Virus record (IMG/VR): IMGVR_UViG_3300006853_000020
Location: 1 to 54,136 of that record
Reading direction: 5' to 3' (one strand)
DNA from: a virus
Taxonomy: Duplodnaviria; Caudoviricetes
DNA length: 54,136 nt
Positions 28,349-37,398 of this stretch are shown one piece after another. Positions within the stretch are counted from its first letter, which is position 1; each line of letters begins with the position of its first letter. Both the position numbers and the translations under genes were made by a program. The notes under the pieces were generated by a model that was not told the DNA's origin, made no database searches, and was given only the letters and a program-made list of their open reading frames with translations.

Positions 28349-29151
28349 ATCAGCTTCCTCAGTTCATTCAGGTAACTATCAATCTCTCTCGACCAAGGGA
28401 TTGATCGCTTGCCCTTCAGTTGATTGCTAGTGTACGTATGGTTGCCCAGTTGCGGTTTAATGTGAATTCTGTGTTCCCACATATCAGAACCGTCGAACCA
28501 CTTCTGCATCAGTCCCCAGTTTCCCCCACCAGGAGCATAAGGTGGAACTGCATACGTTTGTCCTGCAAGCCGGGCTGCAATCGCTGGCGTGGTCTTGTCG
28601 CCATACACGATCTTGTAAACTAGGTCACTGTAGGAGTTCAGCACCACTGTCAGATGCAGAGCCAGCCCCCAGGGCCGTTTATCGATCAGGAATGCCCCTG
28701 TCTCTAAGTCCCATGCTCTCTCTGTTGGCAATCCAAACATTTCAAACACCTGCGGTTTGATCAGTTCAAACTTAGTGCAATCCCGTTGGAACACTGCCCC
28801 GCTGCCAAGAAAACGTGGATCATTCAAAGTGAATGTCGGGTCTCGCATCGGGTAGCAATCAGCATCCAGGAAGATGACCCGCCTGAAAGATGACTGCTGC
28901 ACAGCGTAGAACTTCAGTTCCCAGCCATTGAGGATTCGTATCGGCTTGGTCGTTCTTCTCTCGTCTGCATCGCAGCAAGCCACGTCGTAGGGTTCAACGA
29001 TCTTCTGCCAAGCTTCGGGCATTTCGTTGTTGCGCCCAAGATACCAAAGCTCGATAGGCAGCTTGCACCCATGATGACGAATGAGCCTGATGTTGCAGTA
29101 GGCGGCTGCAAAGTACTTACCCCCGCCGACTATTACGATCCCATCACCCAC
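28345..29151 (-). CDS. Glycosyltransferase, GT71 (Mnn mannosyltransferase)-like
   Basis: GIVIVGG, GCKLPIELWY, GWELK.YA...SSF..V.FLDAD, ETG..LIDK, YGDK. Confidence 0.8.
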   Translation of the reverse strand: MGDGIVIVGGGKYFAAAYCNIRLIRHHGCKLPIELWYLGRNNEMPEAWQKIVEPYDVACCDADERRTTKPIRILNGWELKFYAVQQSSFRRVIFLDADCYPMRDPTFTLNDPRFLGSGAVFQRDCTKFELIKPQVFEMFGLPTERAWDLETGAFLIDKRPWGLALHLTVVLNSYSDLVYKIVYGDKTTPAIAARLAGQTYAVPPYAPGGGNWGLMQKWFDGSDMWEHRIHIKPQLGNHTYTSNQLKGKRSIPWSREIDSYLNELRKLI

Positions 29152-29680
29152 GGAAGCCTTCCTTTTCCTTTTGGATGATGGAACGGAACAGGGCCCAGAC
29201 GTTGGGGTCTTTGATCCATTCGCCGTTGACGGGGAGTTCGTCGGGAAGTTCCTGATATAGCGCAGCCTGTGCTACATTGGCTTTTGCCTCCCACCTATCA
29301 CACTTCCCCGTACACCAAGCCAACGTGGTATAACCATCATGCCCACCGCCACCATGGCACCGTTGAAGAGTCGTCTGCCCAGAGCATTGCCGACAAGAGG
29401 TATCAAGCTTCCGGGCTGTTTCTGATAGCCCCTTGGCTTCCTCATTTGTCAGCCGATGCGGATCAAGATGCCTGCACTGCCTAGCAATAGGCAGGGAGCG
29501 GAGGAGTTTCTTGGGGGCATCAACCTTTTGACTCCCACGCTTCTTCTGCCACAGATCACGATATGCTTGGGCAAGCGGAGTTAATTGTTGAGACAGTACC
29601 AGCGTGTGCCCGCGATGGTGCCGTTTGCAATCCAAGCACCATGCCCCAGTCTCACGCTGCTCAAGGCGGCAAGGGGTCAT
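29144..29680 (-). CDS. Cys/His-rich hypothetical protein
   Basis: Multiple CxxC; overlaps both neighbours. Confidence 0.6.
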   Translation of the reverse strand: MTPCRLEQRETGAWCLDCKRHHRGHTLVLSQQLTPLAQAYRDLWQKKRGSQKVDAPKKLLRSLPIARQCRHLDPHRLTNEEAKGLSETARKLDTSCRQCSGQTTLQRCHGGGGHDGYTTLAWCTGKCDRWEAKANVAQAALYQELPDELPVNGEWIKDPNVWALFRSIIQKEKEGFRG

Positions 29681-30360
29681 AGCGTCACCTCAAGAGTGAG
29701 GGTTGTTAGTTCGCAGTTTTGGCACCCGGTCTGGCCGACTTGAATGAGATCGCCGTCGCAATTGATTAATCCGCACGACACCGGAGCCGACAGACTGATA
29801 AAGAATGGATCACACTCCACAAGTCCTTCTACCCCGCATACATCTGGCCCGTAGGGTTGGCCTTGATAAAGAACATTGTCGTTGGCATAGCTGGTTCCGT
29901 TCCAAAGAGCATTGGTTGTGATGGAATAAGCCTGAACCACCGCTCGCCAGCGTTTAGGGTCAGAAAAAAAGCCACCAGTGGATTCACACCAAATCCATAC
30001 ATACAAGTCGGGGGTCTCACTCCAAGCTGTAATACCCCCGCCGCAATCAAGACACCCTCCGTCCACCAAGTCCGTCGAAGTTCCCTCGTAAGATAGCCCT
30101 AAACCCGCATTACAATTAGCTGTTCGGTTCAGGGTGATCGACTTGGTTCCGGCACAAGACGTCACCGTGGCTTGCAAAGTAGCTGGGGGGCTATTGTTGA
30201 GTCCTGCGGCCGTGCAATAGCCACAACATGCCTGGGAGTTGGGGCCGTCACCGCCACTCCCTGACCCACTTCCCCCGCAGCATGGCTTGCAGAGCTTTGC
30301 CGTCGCCACAGCAAGCTTCTGTGTAAGCGTCAGGCCCGGTGGAAGCTCAAACGGTGGCAT
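29677..30360 (-). CDS. Cys-rich distal tail / receptor-binding candidate
   Basis: 17 Cys in 227 aa; GGSGSGSGG linker; follows tail genes. Confidence 0.5.
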   Translation of the reverse strand: MPPFELPPGLTLTQKLAVATAKLCKPCCGGSGSGSGGDGPNSQACCGYCTAAGLNNSPPATLQATVTSCAGTKSITLNRTANCNAGLGLSYEGTSTDLVDGGCLDCGGGITAWSETPDLYVWIWCESTGGFFSDPKRWRAVVQAYSITTNALWNGTSYANDNVLYQGQPYGPDVCGVEGLVECDPFFISLSAPVSCGLINCDGDLIQVGQTGCQNCELTTLTLEVTL

Positions 30361-30362
30361 TG

Positions 30363-30968
30363 TTATTCCACCGGGGTCACAGTGTTACCGTTAATCGTGA
30401 ATACGTGCGTGGTGCCATCGCCGCAGTCTACGGTGAAGGTGTTGCCACCGGAGCCGGAGCCTTCTGCCCCAGCGCCGCCAATTATCACCCAGTGGCTTGC
30501 AGCCTTCTTGAGCAATACATTCTGGCCAGCAAGCCAGGAATCCCCATTAAGCGGATAGGCATAGTTGGCCCCAGATGTTCCGGTTTGAGGCAGAGTCGTT
30601 GTCACGCCATTGGGGACAATCACGCCCTTCCAAGGGAAGTCGTCGTAAATCTGATCAAAGGCATAAGCCAGGTAGCCTTCCTCGTCTGTGAATCCTTCGC
30701 CAGCAGGATCCAGAGAGAATCCACTTCCGCCACTTCCACTGCCTTCGGCTCGAATCTGGCCGTAGATGAACACTTGAGGTGATGGCACCTCAGTAGGCAT
30801 AGTGCCGCCCTGGACATGCTCCCCCTGATAGCGGCTGATAGAATCGAGTTGCTCATCAGTACGACGCATCCACTGCCGCTGAGGAGGGCTAGCGTCGTAG
30901 GGAATCCGGGTTGGAGTGCGCGGGGTGAACATTATGGCCCCGCTGGCAACGCAGGTGGCTGAATGCAC
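30363..30968 (-). CDS. Putative tail protein
   Basis: Position after hub-like gene; AEGSGSGG twice. Confidence 0.5.
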   Translation of the reverse strand: MHSATCVASGAIMFTPRTPTRIPYDASPPQRQWMRRTDEQLDSISRYQGEHVQGGTMPTEVPSPQVFIYGQIRAEGSGSGGSGFSLDPAGEGFTDEEGYLAYAFDQIYDDFPWKGVIVPNGVTTTLPQTGTSGANYAYPLNGDSWLAGQNVLLKKAASHWVIIGGAGAEGSGSGGNTFTVDCGDGTTHVFTINGNTVTPVE

Positions 30969-32104
30969 TCAGGCGGGATCCAGAATAGCTTTCTGAAGTC
31001 CACCAGGTCGATGAGAGGGTTTCCTGCGACTACTGAGGTTGTTCCGTCTGCGCTAGTCCTATACAGCCTCAACCGGGTAACTCCAGCAGCATCCTTAACC
31101 GTCTTTCGCACGTAGTTATGGCCAACTACAGCACCCGCTCCGGTGGGGCTGTTGTCGATGTTGTGGACCTTGCGGAAGCCATATTGCACGTTCCAGTATC
31201 GTCGTCCCATTCGCAGGGGCTGGCGAACGATATCAGCGGAAACAAAGTGCAGGGTTTCTTTCGGTTGGCCTGCGGTGTAATCAGGAGTGGGAAAGATGGC
31301 GTTGGAGTTCACTCGCCCGAAGCACAGGTTGATCGCCGCAATCGGGTCGTAGGGCAGATCGTAAATGTACAGCCAGAAGTCTGCGATGTTGTCCAAGACG
31401 CTGGGCTTCTGCTCATATTGAACTGTACCCAGGGGTCCGCCTTCCTGCCCTGTCGTGGGATAGCCAACAATCTTCAAGGCCTCAGAAGGGTACTGAAAGA
31501 AGATGCTTGCAGGCTTCTGAACGATTCGAGCATAGCGAAGCCACTCCCGACAACAGCCGATCGTTCCCGACCCTGCGGATCCGCCACCGTTGTAGACTTC
31601 AGCATCTGAGTAAAGGTCGTAGTCCAAAGCAGCGAAGGAAACCAGTATCTTCGCATAAGTGCCTTTCGGCCTGTTCACTGAGAGGGAGGGTGCACCGTCG
31701 TTGCTCTTAGCGCCATCGGGCATTGCCACGGCACGAACTGCATGCACCCAATCAATCGGCACCGGTGGAGTAGATCCATCCACCAGCCCCATGTGATAGC
31801 CAACAGGCAGCTTGCGATGAACATGTCGCCCATCGTAGGTCGTGGTCCCCGGCGTGCCGTACCCATCTGCCGACACTCCATTAGTGCCAGCAGCATTGAT
31901 TTTGGCAAAGCCCACCATGTTTTCGATGAAATTAAATCGGTCAGCCCAAGCAACAAGGAAGGTGCGTGTGCAGCCACTTCCTTCGGGTGAGAACTGCTCT
32001 ACTAATTCAGGATCGCTACGTTCTTCGCTGTACGCAATGCTATAAGAGGCACCCGTCGTGTAGTTTTCACAAGTGAGACTTTGCTGGAGTGGACGATCCG
32101 CCAC
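30932..32104 (-). CDS. Putative tail tip/hub protein
   Basis: First - strand gene after the tape measure; TRTFLV, GRVNS, ETL.F pattern. Confidence 0.55.
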   Translation of the reverse strand: MADRPLQQSLTCENYTTGASYSIAYSEERSDPELVEQFSPEGSGCTRTFLVAWADRFNFIENMVGFAKINAAGTNGVSADGYGTPGTTTYDGRHVHRKLPVGYHMGLVDGSTPPVPIDWVHAVRAVAMPDGAKSNDGAPSLSVNRPKGTYAKILVSFAALDYDLYSDAEVYNGGGSAGSGTIGCCREWLRYARIVQKPASIFFQYPSEALKIVGYPTTGQEGGPLGTVQYEQKPSVLDNIADFWLYIYDLPYDPIAAINLCFGRVNSNAIFPTPDYTAGQPKETLHFVSADIVRQPLRMGRRYWNVQYGFRKVHNIDNSPTGAGAVVGHNYVRKTVKDAAGVTRLRLYRTSADGTTSVVAGNPLIDLVDFRKLFWIPPECIQPPALPAGP

Positions 32105-32155
32105 AGGGAATACCCTTGATTCCTGCCATCCAGAAGCTAGGTTGGCTATGAATGC

Positions 32156-32173
32156 ACGGTATCATCGGTATCA
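32156..32173 (-). promoter_or_regulatory. Late element TGATACCGATGA-TACCGT (distal tail and modification genes)
   Basis: Motif copy ~50 nt upstream of the GTG at 32104. Confidence 0.8.
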
Positions 32174-32203
32174 GTGACTCAGAGATAAGGAGATGTCGTC
32201 CAG

Positions 32204-32716
32204 GTGATTAACTTCTTGTGTCCCAACTGCAAGAAATCCCTTAAAGCCAAGGATGAAGACGAAGGGAAAAAGGTTAAATGTAACAAGTGCGGTGAACTAC
32301 TGACGGTTCCTGCATTGGCTGATCGAGAACCGGTGGTACTAATGCAATCCACTGAGCCAGTAGTCGAAGATTCCAAAGCAATTGAAGAACCACCTAAGAA
32401 AGCATGGCAGAAAGCCTTTGCAGACGAGTTAAGCCCAAAGAAAACAGCAACAAAGGAATCGCTGTCATCTAAGTTTTTCCGCTTTATTTTCGTAACTATG
32501 CTGATCGCTGGCGGCACATATTGTTGCATTAAGTGGCTATACTTCCTGTCTGCCGTCGATAAGCACAAGACCTACATTCACACTCAAGAAAACATCACAA
32601 TCGGCGAGAGTAGCTTCGGTACGTATCACATCTTGTCGGAGATGGCAGAACCACTTGTGCTTACAATCTTCTGGGCGATATTCTTCCTGGTAGGACAGAT
32701 GAAACGTGCTAAGTAG
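32204..32716 (+). CDS. Zinc-ribbon membrane protein (moron)
   Basis: FLCPNCKKSL...GKKVKCNKCG N-terminus plus two TM helices; opposite strand inside the tail operon. Confidence 0.7.
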   Translation: MINFLCPNCKKSLKAKDEDEGKKVKCNKCGELLTVPALADREPVVLMQSTEPVVEDSKAIEEPPKKAWQKAFADELSPKKTATKESLSSKFFRFIFVTMLIAGGTYCCIKWLYFLSAVDKHKTYIHTQENITIGESSFGTYHILSEMAEPLVLTIFWAIFFLVGQMKRAK

Positions 32717-33761
32717 GCGGGGTCACGTTTTTAGAATTGACTGCCCCTTTGCCTCCCTCAATCGCTCCCGTGTTCTTGTTGACGGCTTCGGTGTTTAGCT
32801 TCAATTCCCTGACGGTGTTCTCTGCCCCAAGATCACCACCGGCCCCAAAGACTCCCAACTGTGCTTGCTGCCTCAGGTCAGCCAACCCGCTGTAAGATCC
32901 AGGCATGCCGATTCCTGCCGTCTTCAACTCGTCGCCCTGTAGTTTCTGCTTTGATTCAAAAGCCCGAATAGCCCCACGGCGTTTGGCAATCTCGACATTG
33001 TTGCCAACGAAGGGGATATTCGACCACCAATCTTTCTCCAAGTCGTTTACTTCCTTCAGCAGGGTTTCGATGTACTTGGGATCCCCCTTGAGCTTCTCGA
33101 CCATCCTCCTCTTGTCGGCAAAGTCGTTGACAGCCTTCTCACCAATACCACCGGCCAGACCGCCGCCAAGGCCTCCGATCAATGAACCCAATGGTCCACC
33201 GAATCGAGCACCGATGGCAGCGCCAGTAGCAGCACCGCCGAGGCCACCGATCAGACCGTTGGGAGCTTTGTCTGTTGCCCGAGCTAGCGATTGAATCAGT
33301 GCCGACAGTTTCAGCACAGGAGCTTGTGTCTTCGTGCCTGCAGCCAGGCTCAGCATCTTGAGCGAACCGGTGAGCGTATCCAGAGTTGTTGAACCGGCTG
33401 CAGCAGCCCCGGAAAAGGCCATGGCAGCAGCCCCTGCGCCCACAGCTCCGACTCCAGCCGCGAACTTGCCCAGTCCACCAGCAATATTCGGCGAATCATA
33501 AGAGACAGTACGCCATGGGTTTGATCGTCTCCTTTCTTCTGCAACCAGGCGATGCTCCGCCATCAGTTGCATTCGTGCTGATAGCTTCTCCCTTTCGGCT
33601 AGCTTTTTTTTGTAATTGATACCGGCTTTATTCAATATTTCTTCTATCTGTTTGCTAGTTGAGACGCTGGCATCCTTCAGCTCCTTCATGTCCTGGAGCA
33701 TCTTCTCTTTGCCTTGCAGCCTCAGTTCTACTGCCCCTTCCAGGGCTGCTCCTGCGGACAT
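32709..33761 (-). CDS. Short tape measure protein
   Basis: Ala/Gly-rich helical; GGAATGAAIG..GGPLG..IGG motif; follows the chaperone pair. Confidence 0.7.
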   Translation of the reverse strand: MSAGAALEGAVELRLQGKEKMLQDMKELKDASVSTSKQIEEILNKAGINYKKKLAEREKLSARMQLMAEHRLVAEERRRSNPWRTVSYDSPNIAGGLGKFAAGVGAVGAGAAAMAFSGAAAAGSTTLDTLTGSLKMLSLAAGTKTQAPVLKLSALIQSLARATDKAPNGLIGGLGGAATGAAIGARFGGPLGSLIGGLGGGLAGGIGEKAVNDFADKRRMVEKLKGDPKYIETLLKEVNDLEKDWWSNIPFVGNNVEIAKRRGAIRAFESKQKLQGDELKTAGIGMPGSYSGLADLRQQAQLGVFGAGGDLGAENTVRELKLNTEAVNKNTGAIEGGKGAVNSKNVTPPT

Positions 33762-33764
33762 GGC

Positions 33765-34010
33765 TTACCCTCTTGCTAGCTTCGATTCCACTTCATCATG
33801 CCATCGACACCAGATGGAAAATTCAGACTCCCCCTTGATCCTTGAGGCTTTCCAGAACGCTTGTCGGGCATCCACTTGTGGCATGTTGCTGACTCCGTTG
33901 TAGCCAAACAGGTTCTTCAGTTGCCACACTGTTAGTTTTCCAAACTCCCACGGCTTGTACTTTCCGATCATGAGCACCTTGGGGTTATCCTGCGCGGCCC
34001 CCAAGATCAT
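33765..34010 (-). CDS. Tail assembly chaperone extension (gpT-like)
   Basis: PWEFGKLT.WQL motif; -1 frame relative to the upstream gene at a slippery run. Confidence 0.65.
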   Translation of the reverse strand: MILGAAQDNPKVLMIGKYKPWEFGKLTVWQLKNLFGYNGVSNMPQVDARQAFWKASRIKGESEFSIWCRWHDEVESKLARG

Positions 34011-34507
34011 TTTTTTGAACTCTCGCCATGATTCTCGGAAGGGCTGCCATGTTCGTTCAAGGCGGGTTCGTCCTGGCCAGTCAGCCCCGACTTGTCCTTC
34101 TGCTGACCACTCCGGGGGTTTGCTTTGTGGACCGCTTCAGCAACAAGATTCCAGTTGTCCTTCACTATTTCTAGGGCAAGTTGGAGGTTGATATTCCGAT
34201 CATGTGGAGAGAGTAGATGGTACAGCAAGGTTGCCATGAGTTCATTGTCCACCAGACCACCATCGAGCATGATGGCATCGAAGTCATAGGCGCCCAAGGC
34301 AAACGATCGGGCTAAGGCAATCTCCCGCTGGGCAACTGCTTTATCGCTACCACCCATCATGCGTGCCATCTGTGCAGCCTTTAGGAATGCTGCAGTCGAT
34401 ACAGCCTCCAGGGCATCAGCGTACCACTGAGAAAGCCTAAACTTCCTCCCCTTGTATTCCAGTTCGGAATAGACTCCGTTGCCTGTGACTGCCCCAATCG
34501 CTGACAT
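34007..34507 (-). CDS. Tail assembly chaperone (gpG-like)
   Basis: Between tube genes and TMP; ends TCA AAA AAA TGA. Confidence 0.65.
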   Translation of the reverse strand: MSAIGAVTGNGVYSELEYKGRKFRLSQWYADALEAVSTAAFLKAAQMARMMGGSDKAVAQREIALARSFALGAYDFDAIMLDGGLVDNELMATLLYHLLSPHDRNINLQLALEIVKDNWNLVAEAVHKANPRSGQQKDKSGLTGQDEPALNEHGSPSENHGESSKK

Positions 34508-34516
34508 ACATTCCTC

Positions 34517-34990
34517 CTACGTTAAGGTTGTTGACCAGGTGATAGCCTGTGGAATGGTTGAGATGGTTTGCCCCTTGGGATGAATCTCGAAGTTGACTTC
34601 GATCATGCCAGCATCATCAGTGACGCCGGTGAGCCCTAGTGGAAATATCTTGCAGTCACCGAAGACGTAGCCCTTACGTGAACCGCCTGCGTCTGTGTTG
34701 ACATCCAGGACGATTTCGACATTGGTGTAATCGAAATTAGAAGCAACCACTGCCCCGGAGACAGAGGACAGGATCAGCGCCACCAGAGTATCAGCCGGAT
34801 CGACGTAGCCAGTGCCACGAATAAGACCGCCAGCCGATTCAAAGACTGTGAGGGGAATGCAGTCAAAATCGCTGGTGACACTACGACGATAACGAATCTC
34901 AAAATCGACATCCCAGCGGGTGACTTTGAGTTTGAGGGCTGGCCCGGTATTGGCACGGATGGAGGCTGCGCTTGCTGGACGGTCGGCCAT
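34517..34990 (-). CDS. Tail tube-like protein, paralog 2
   Basis: Aligns end to end with 35008-35445 (RAN.GP..KVTR, RSVT.D, TGYVDP, GY.FG.CK, LGLTG.TD.AGM.E.NFEIH). Confidence 0.6.
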   Translation of the reverse strand: MADRPASAASIRANTGPALKLKVTRWDVDFEIRYRRSVTSDFDCIPLTVFESAGGLIRGTGYVDPADTLVALILSSVSGAVVASNFDYTNVEIVLDVNTDAGGSRKGYVFGDCKIFPLGLTGVTDDAGMIEVNFEIHPKGQTISTIPQAITWSTTLT

Positions 34991-35007
34991 GCTTCACCGT
35001 CCGTTCG

Positions 35008-35445
35008 TTAGGTCAGGGTTGACGAATAGGCAACGCCAGCCTGCGAATGAATCTCAAAATTGATCTCCTGCATACCTGCTTCATCAGTTTGACCAGTAAG
35101 ACCAAGCACCACCAGTTTGCAACTGCCAAAGGTATAACCATGGCGGGAACCGGTGACTTCTGCCAAATCGATCAGGTAAATGCAAGACGTTAAGTCTTGG
35201 GCAGTGCCTGTAGGGCCAATTGAAGCAAGCAGGAAGGCTGATGCCGCATTAGAAGGATCCACGTAGCCAGTTAGCTTAAGGATACCGCCGTTCTGAGTGA
35301 GAACGCTGCGAGGATTGAGAAGTGCATCGGTCGTGACAGACCGGTTTACCTTAATCTCAGGGTCCATTTCGCTTCTGGTGACTTTGATGCTGAGGGGGCC
35401 AGCATTAGCACGAAATCCCATCACGCTCCCTGAACGATCAGCCAC
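35008..35445 (-). CDS. Tail tube-like protein, paralog 1
   Basis: Size and position between terminator-like gene and chaperones. Confidence 0.6.
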   Translation of the reverse strand: MADRSGSVMGFRANAGPLSIKVTRSEMDPEIKVNRSVTTDALLNPRSVLTQNGGILKLTGYVDPSNAASAFLLASIGPTGTAQDLTSCIYLIDLAEVTGSRHGYTFGSCKLVVLGLTGQTDEAGMQEINFEIHSQAGVAYSSTLT

Positions 35446-35625
35446 GGATCACCTCATGGAGCGTCTGCCCCTTAAAGACTTCGGTTTGGAGATGCTTGGC
35501 ATCGGGAGCCTGCAACTGGACGCGAGCTGCTTCGATAGCTTGTTCCACAGTCTTTGCCCGGTCTGAGGCGATGAATACCGCTGGCTTACTTTCGAGTTGA
35601 ACCATGAACTGCAAGGTTTCCATCG

Positions 35626-36069
35626 CTAGCTCCATTGCACCCTGATAGTCATCCCATGCGGCTTGCCCACAACACTGTTCCCAGCCCGCCTGTCCTCTGG
35701 AGTCGCCAGACTCTTGCCCGTGGGCTTCCGCTGCCAGGCATAGCTCACCGTGCCCGTTGGCTCTCCCCCTCCGCCCCCCAGTGTCCCTGTCGCAGAAGCC
35801 GCCAGCAGCAGTTGCATTTTGCTTTCCAAGGTGGCGATAGCTGCCGGTGTTGCATTGTCTGCAAATATCTCCACCACCACTGCATAGATCGCATAGCGGG
35901 CTTGGTCGCTGGTGTACCCCTCTTTTTCTGTCGAGATCGAACAGCGGGCATAGGGTGTTCCGGTGCCAGTGTTCTGGTCAAGCTGGATGCCACCGGGGAC
36001 CGCCGCACTCAATCCAGATACAGCCGCCCAGTCAACAGCCAGCTTGCGCAGCACGTAGCTCTCGTACAT
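35626..36069 (-). CDS. Tail terminator-like protein
   Basis: L...VPGGI......PYA...V.VEIF pattern and position. Confidence 0.5.
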   Translation of the reverse strand: MYESYVLRKLAVDWAAVSGLSAAVPGGIQLDQNTGTGTPYARCSISTEKEGYTSDQARYAIYAVVVEIFADNATPAAIATLESKMQLLLAASATGTLGGGGGEPTGTVSYAWQRKPTGKSLATPEDRRAGNSVVGKPHGMTIRVQWS

Positions 36070-36075
36070 GCACCG

Positions 36076-36093
36076 AGAGTAGCATCGGTATCA
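36076..36093 (-). promoter_or_regulatory. Late element TGATACCGATGC-TACTCT
   Basis: Motif copy; ATG at 36069 exactly 6 nt downstream. Confidence 0.82.
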
Positions 36094-36104
36094 GTGGGGA
36101 AGAT

Positions 36105-36467
36105 TTAGTCGTAACCGGCGATGATCTTTTGCAGTTCATCGAACATCTGCGAATAGCAGAGAAGCAGGCCTAAACGCCCGCGTTCGATCTCCAAATAGGG
36201 CATGTACCAGGCAGCAGGCAGGTAGCCGACTCGCACGTAACCAAGTTGCATGATTTCCCGGGCAGTCTCGGGCATCACCACTAGGGAATCGCGGCCATTC
36301 CAGGTACGGCCGTGGGGGTATTCGCCAGGGACAGAGGCTGGAGGATAGGCCGTAGAAAGGTTGATCTTCATCTCAGTTTGAAGCGTGAAAGCCGCTCTCA
36401 GTAGACGCTGAGCGGCTTCCATTTGGACTTCTTCCAGCCATTCTTCGGTTCGGTCTGTGATGGTCAT
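36105..36467 (-). CDS. Neck/tail completion protein (HK97 gp10-like)
   Basis: S.PGE.P..RT...R.S...VG....Y..YLE..R. Confidence 0.6.
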   Translation of the reverse strand: MTITDRTEEWLEEVQMEAAQRLLRAAFTLQTEMKINLSTAYPPASVPGEYPHGRTWNGRDSLVVMPETAREIMQLGYVRVGYLPAAWYMPYLEIERGRLGLLLCYSQMFDELQKIIAGYD

Positions 36468-36672
36468 GCGGATCGCTCAAAATGAGTCCGCCTGAACTCT
36501 CCAATTTCGATAACAATCTTGGCTGTTCCGTTCAGGGTGGTCCGTGGATAAGTCCACTCCAAGACACGGTCGTAGCCGATTTGATTATCCCACTTGATTT
36601 CAAGGCCTTTATCGACTGCTTGGTCGATCTGATCGGCGAGGAATTTTTTCATAATCTGTGCTTTTTCTTTGG

Positions 36673-37368
36673 TCATGCCACCCTCACAGTAGCCCGCATC
36701 AGTTCATCAATCCGCTGGGCATTAGTTACGCTGAGAACATCGGCAATAATCGTGGCTGCCCCTTCAGTCCAGCGCAAAACGTGTCTGTCGGGCAACAGAT
36801 CGAAGTTGCTGGCGAAGAACACGTCATACATCTTGTCGTTATCCTGTCGCCCCATCATCACTGCCATCCGCACATCGGTAGGCTGACGACGGCAAACAAC
36901 TCCAGTGGCTACGTCCGAATCGGTGGTCTGGCGGGTCAGGATGGTGCTGACGGATTGAGTCTTGAGAACGACATCGACGGTGTCGCGGAGATTGAAACAA
37001 ATCTTGGGATTGATGACTGCCAACAGCCAGTAATAGGGGTCTGCCAATGCCCTTAGAACGGTGTAAGTAACAGGTGTTGGCGTTTGCTGGGTAGGGTCTT
37101 GTTCGTTCGCGTCAGTGAGCGTATCGCCAGGCTTCCAGGGTCCAGCGCCATTGGTGTCAGCATGCTTAGAGAGTAGGTAGCTGCATTCGGGATCAACATA
37201 GGCCCCGTTGCACATTTGCCTGACTTTGTAGTTGACTCCCCCGCGTTGTGACCAGGAAACAGCAGTCGTCACGTTAGGTAGATTCGACGGCCTAACGCTC
37301 ACCATCGTGATTGCACGAGGGGTGGGGAAAGTGAATTTCAAATAGTCTGTGGCGGGATCAAGGGGCAT
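36673..37368 (-). CDS. Head-closure-like protein
   Basis: Position; beta-rich two-module protein. Confidence 0.45.
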   Translation of the reverse strand: MPLDPATDYLKFTFPTPRAITMVSVRPSNLPNVTTAVSWSQRGGVNYKVRQMCNGAYVDPECSYLLSKHADTNGAGPWKPGDTLTDANEQDPTQQTPTPVTYTVLRALADPYYWLLAVINPKICFNLRDTVDVVLKTQSVSTILTRQTTDSDVATGVVCRRQPTDVRMAVMMGRQDNDKMYDVFFASNFDLLPDRHVLRWTEGAATIIADVLSVTNAQRIDELMRATVRVA

Positions 37369-37374
37369 GACCCC

Positions 37375-37392
37375 AGACTAGCATCGGTATCA
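37375..37392 (-). promoter_or_regulatory. Late element TGATACCGATGC-TAGTCT
   Basis: Motif copy; ATG at 37368 exactly 6 nt downstream. Confidence 0.82.
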
Positions 37393-37398
37393 GACGAG

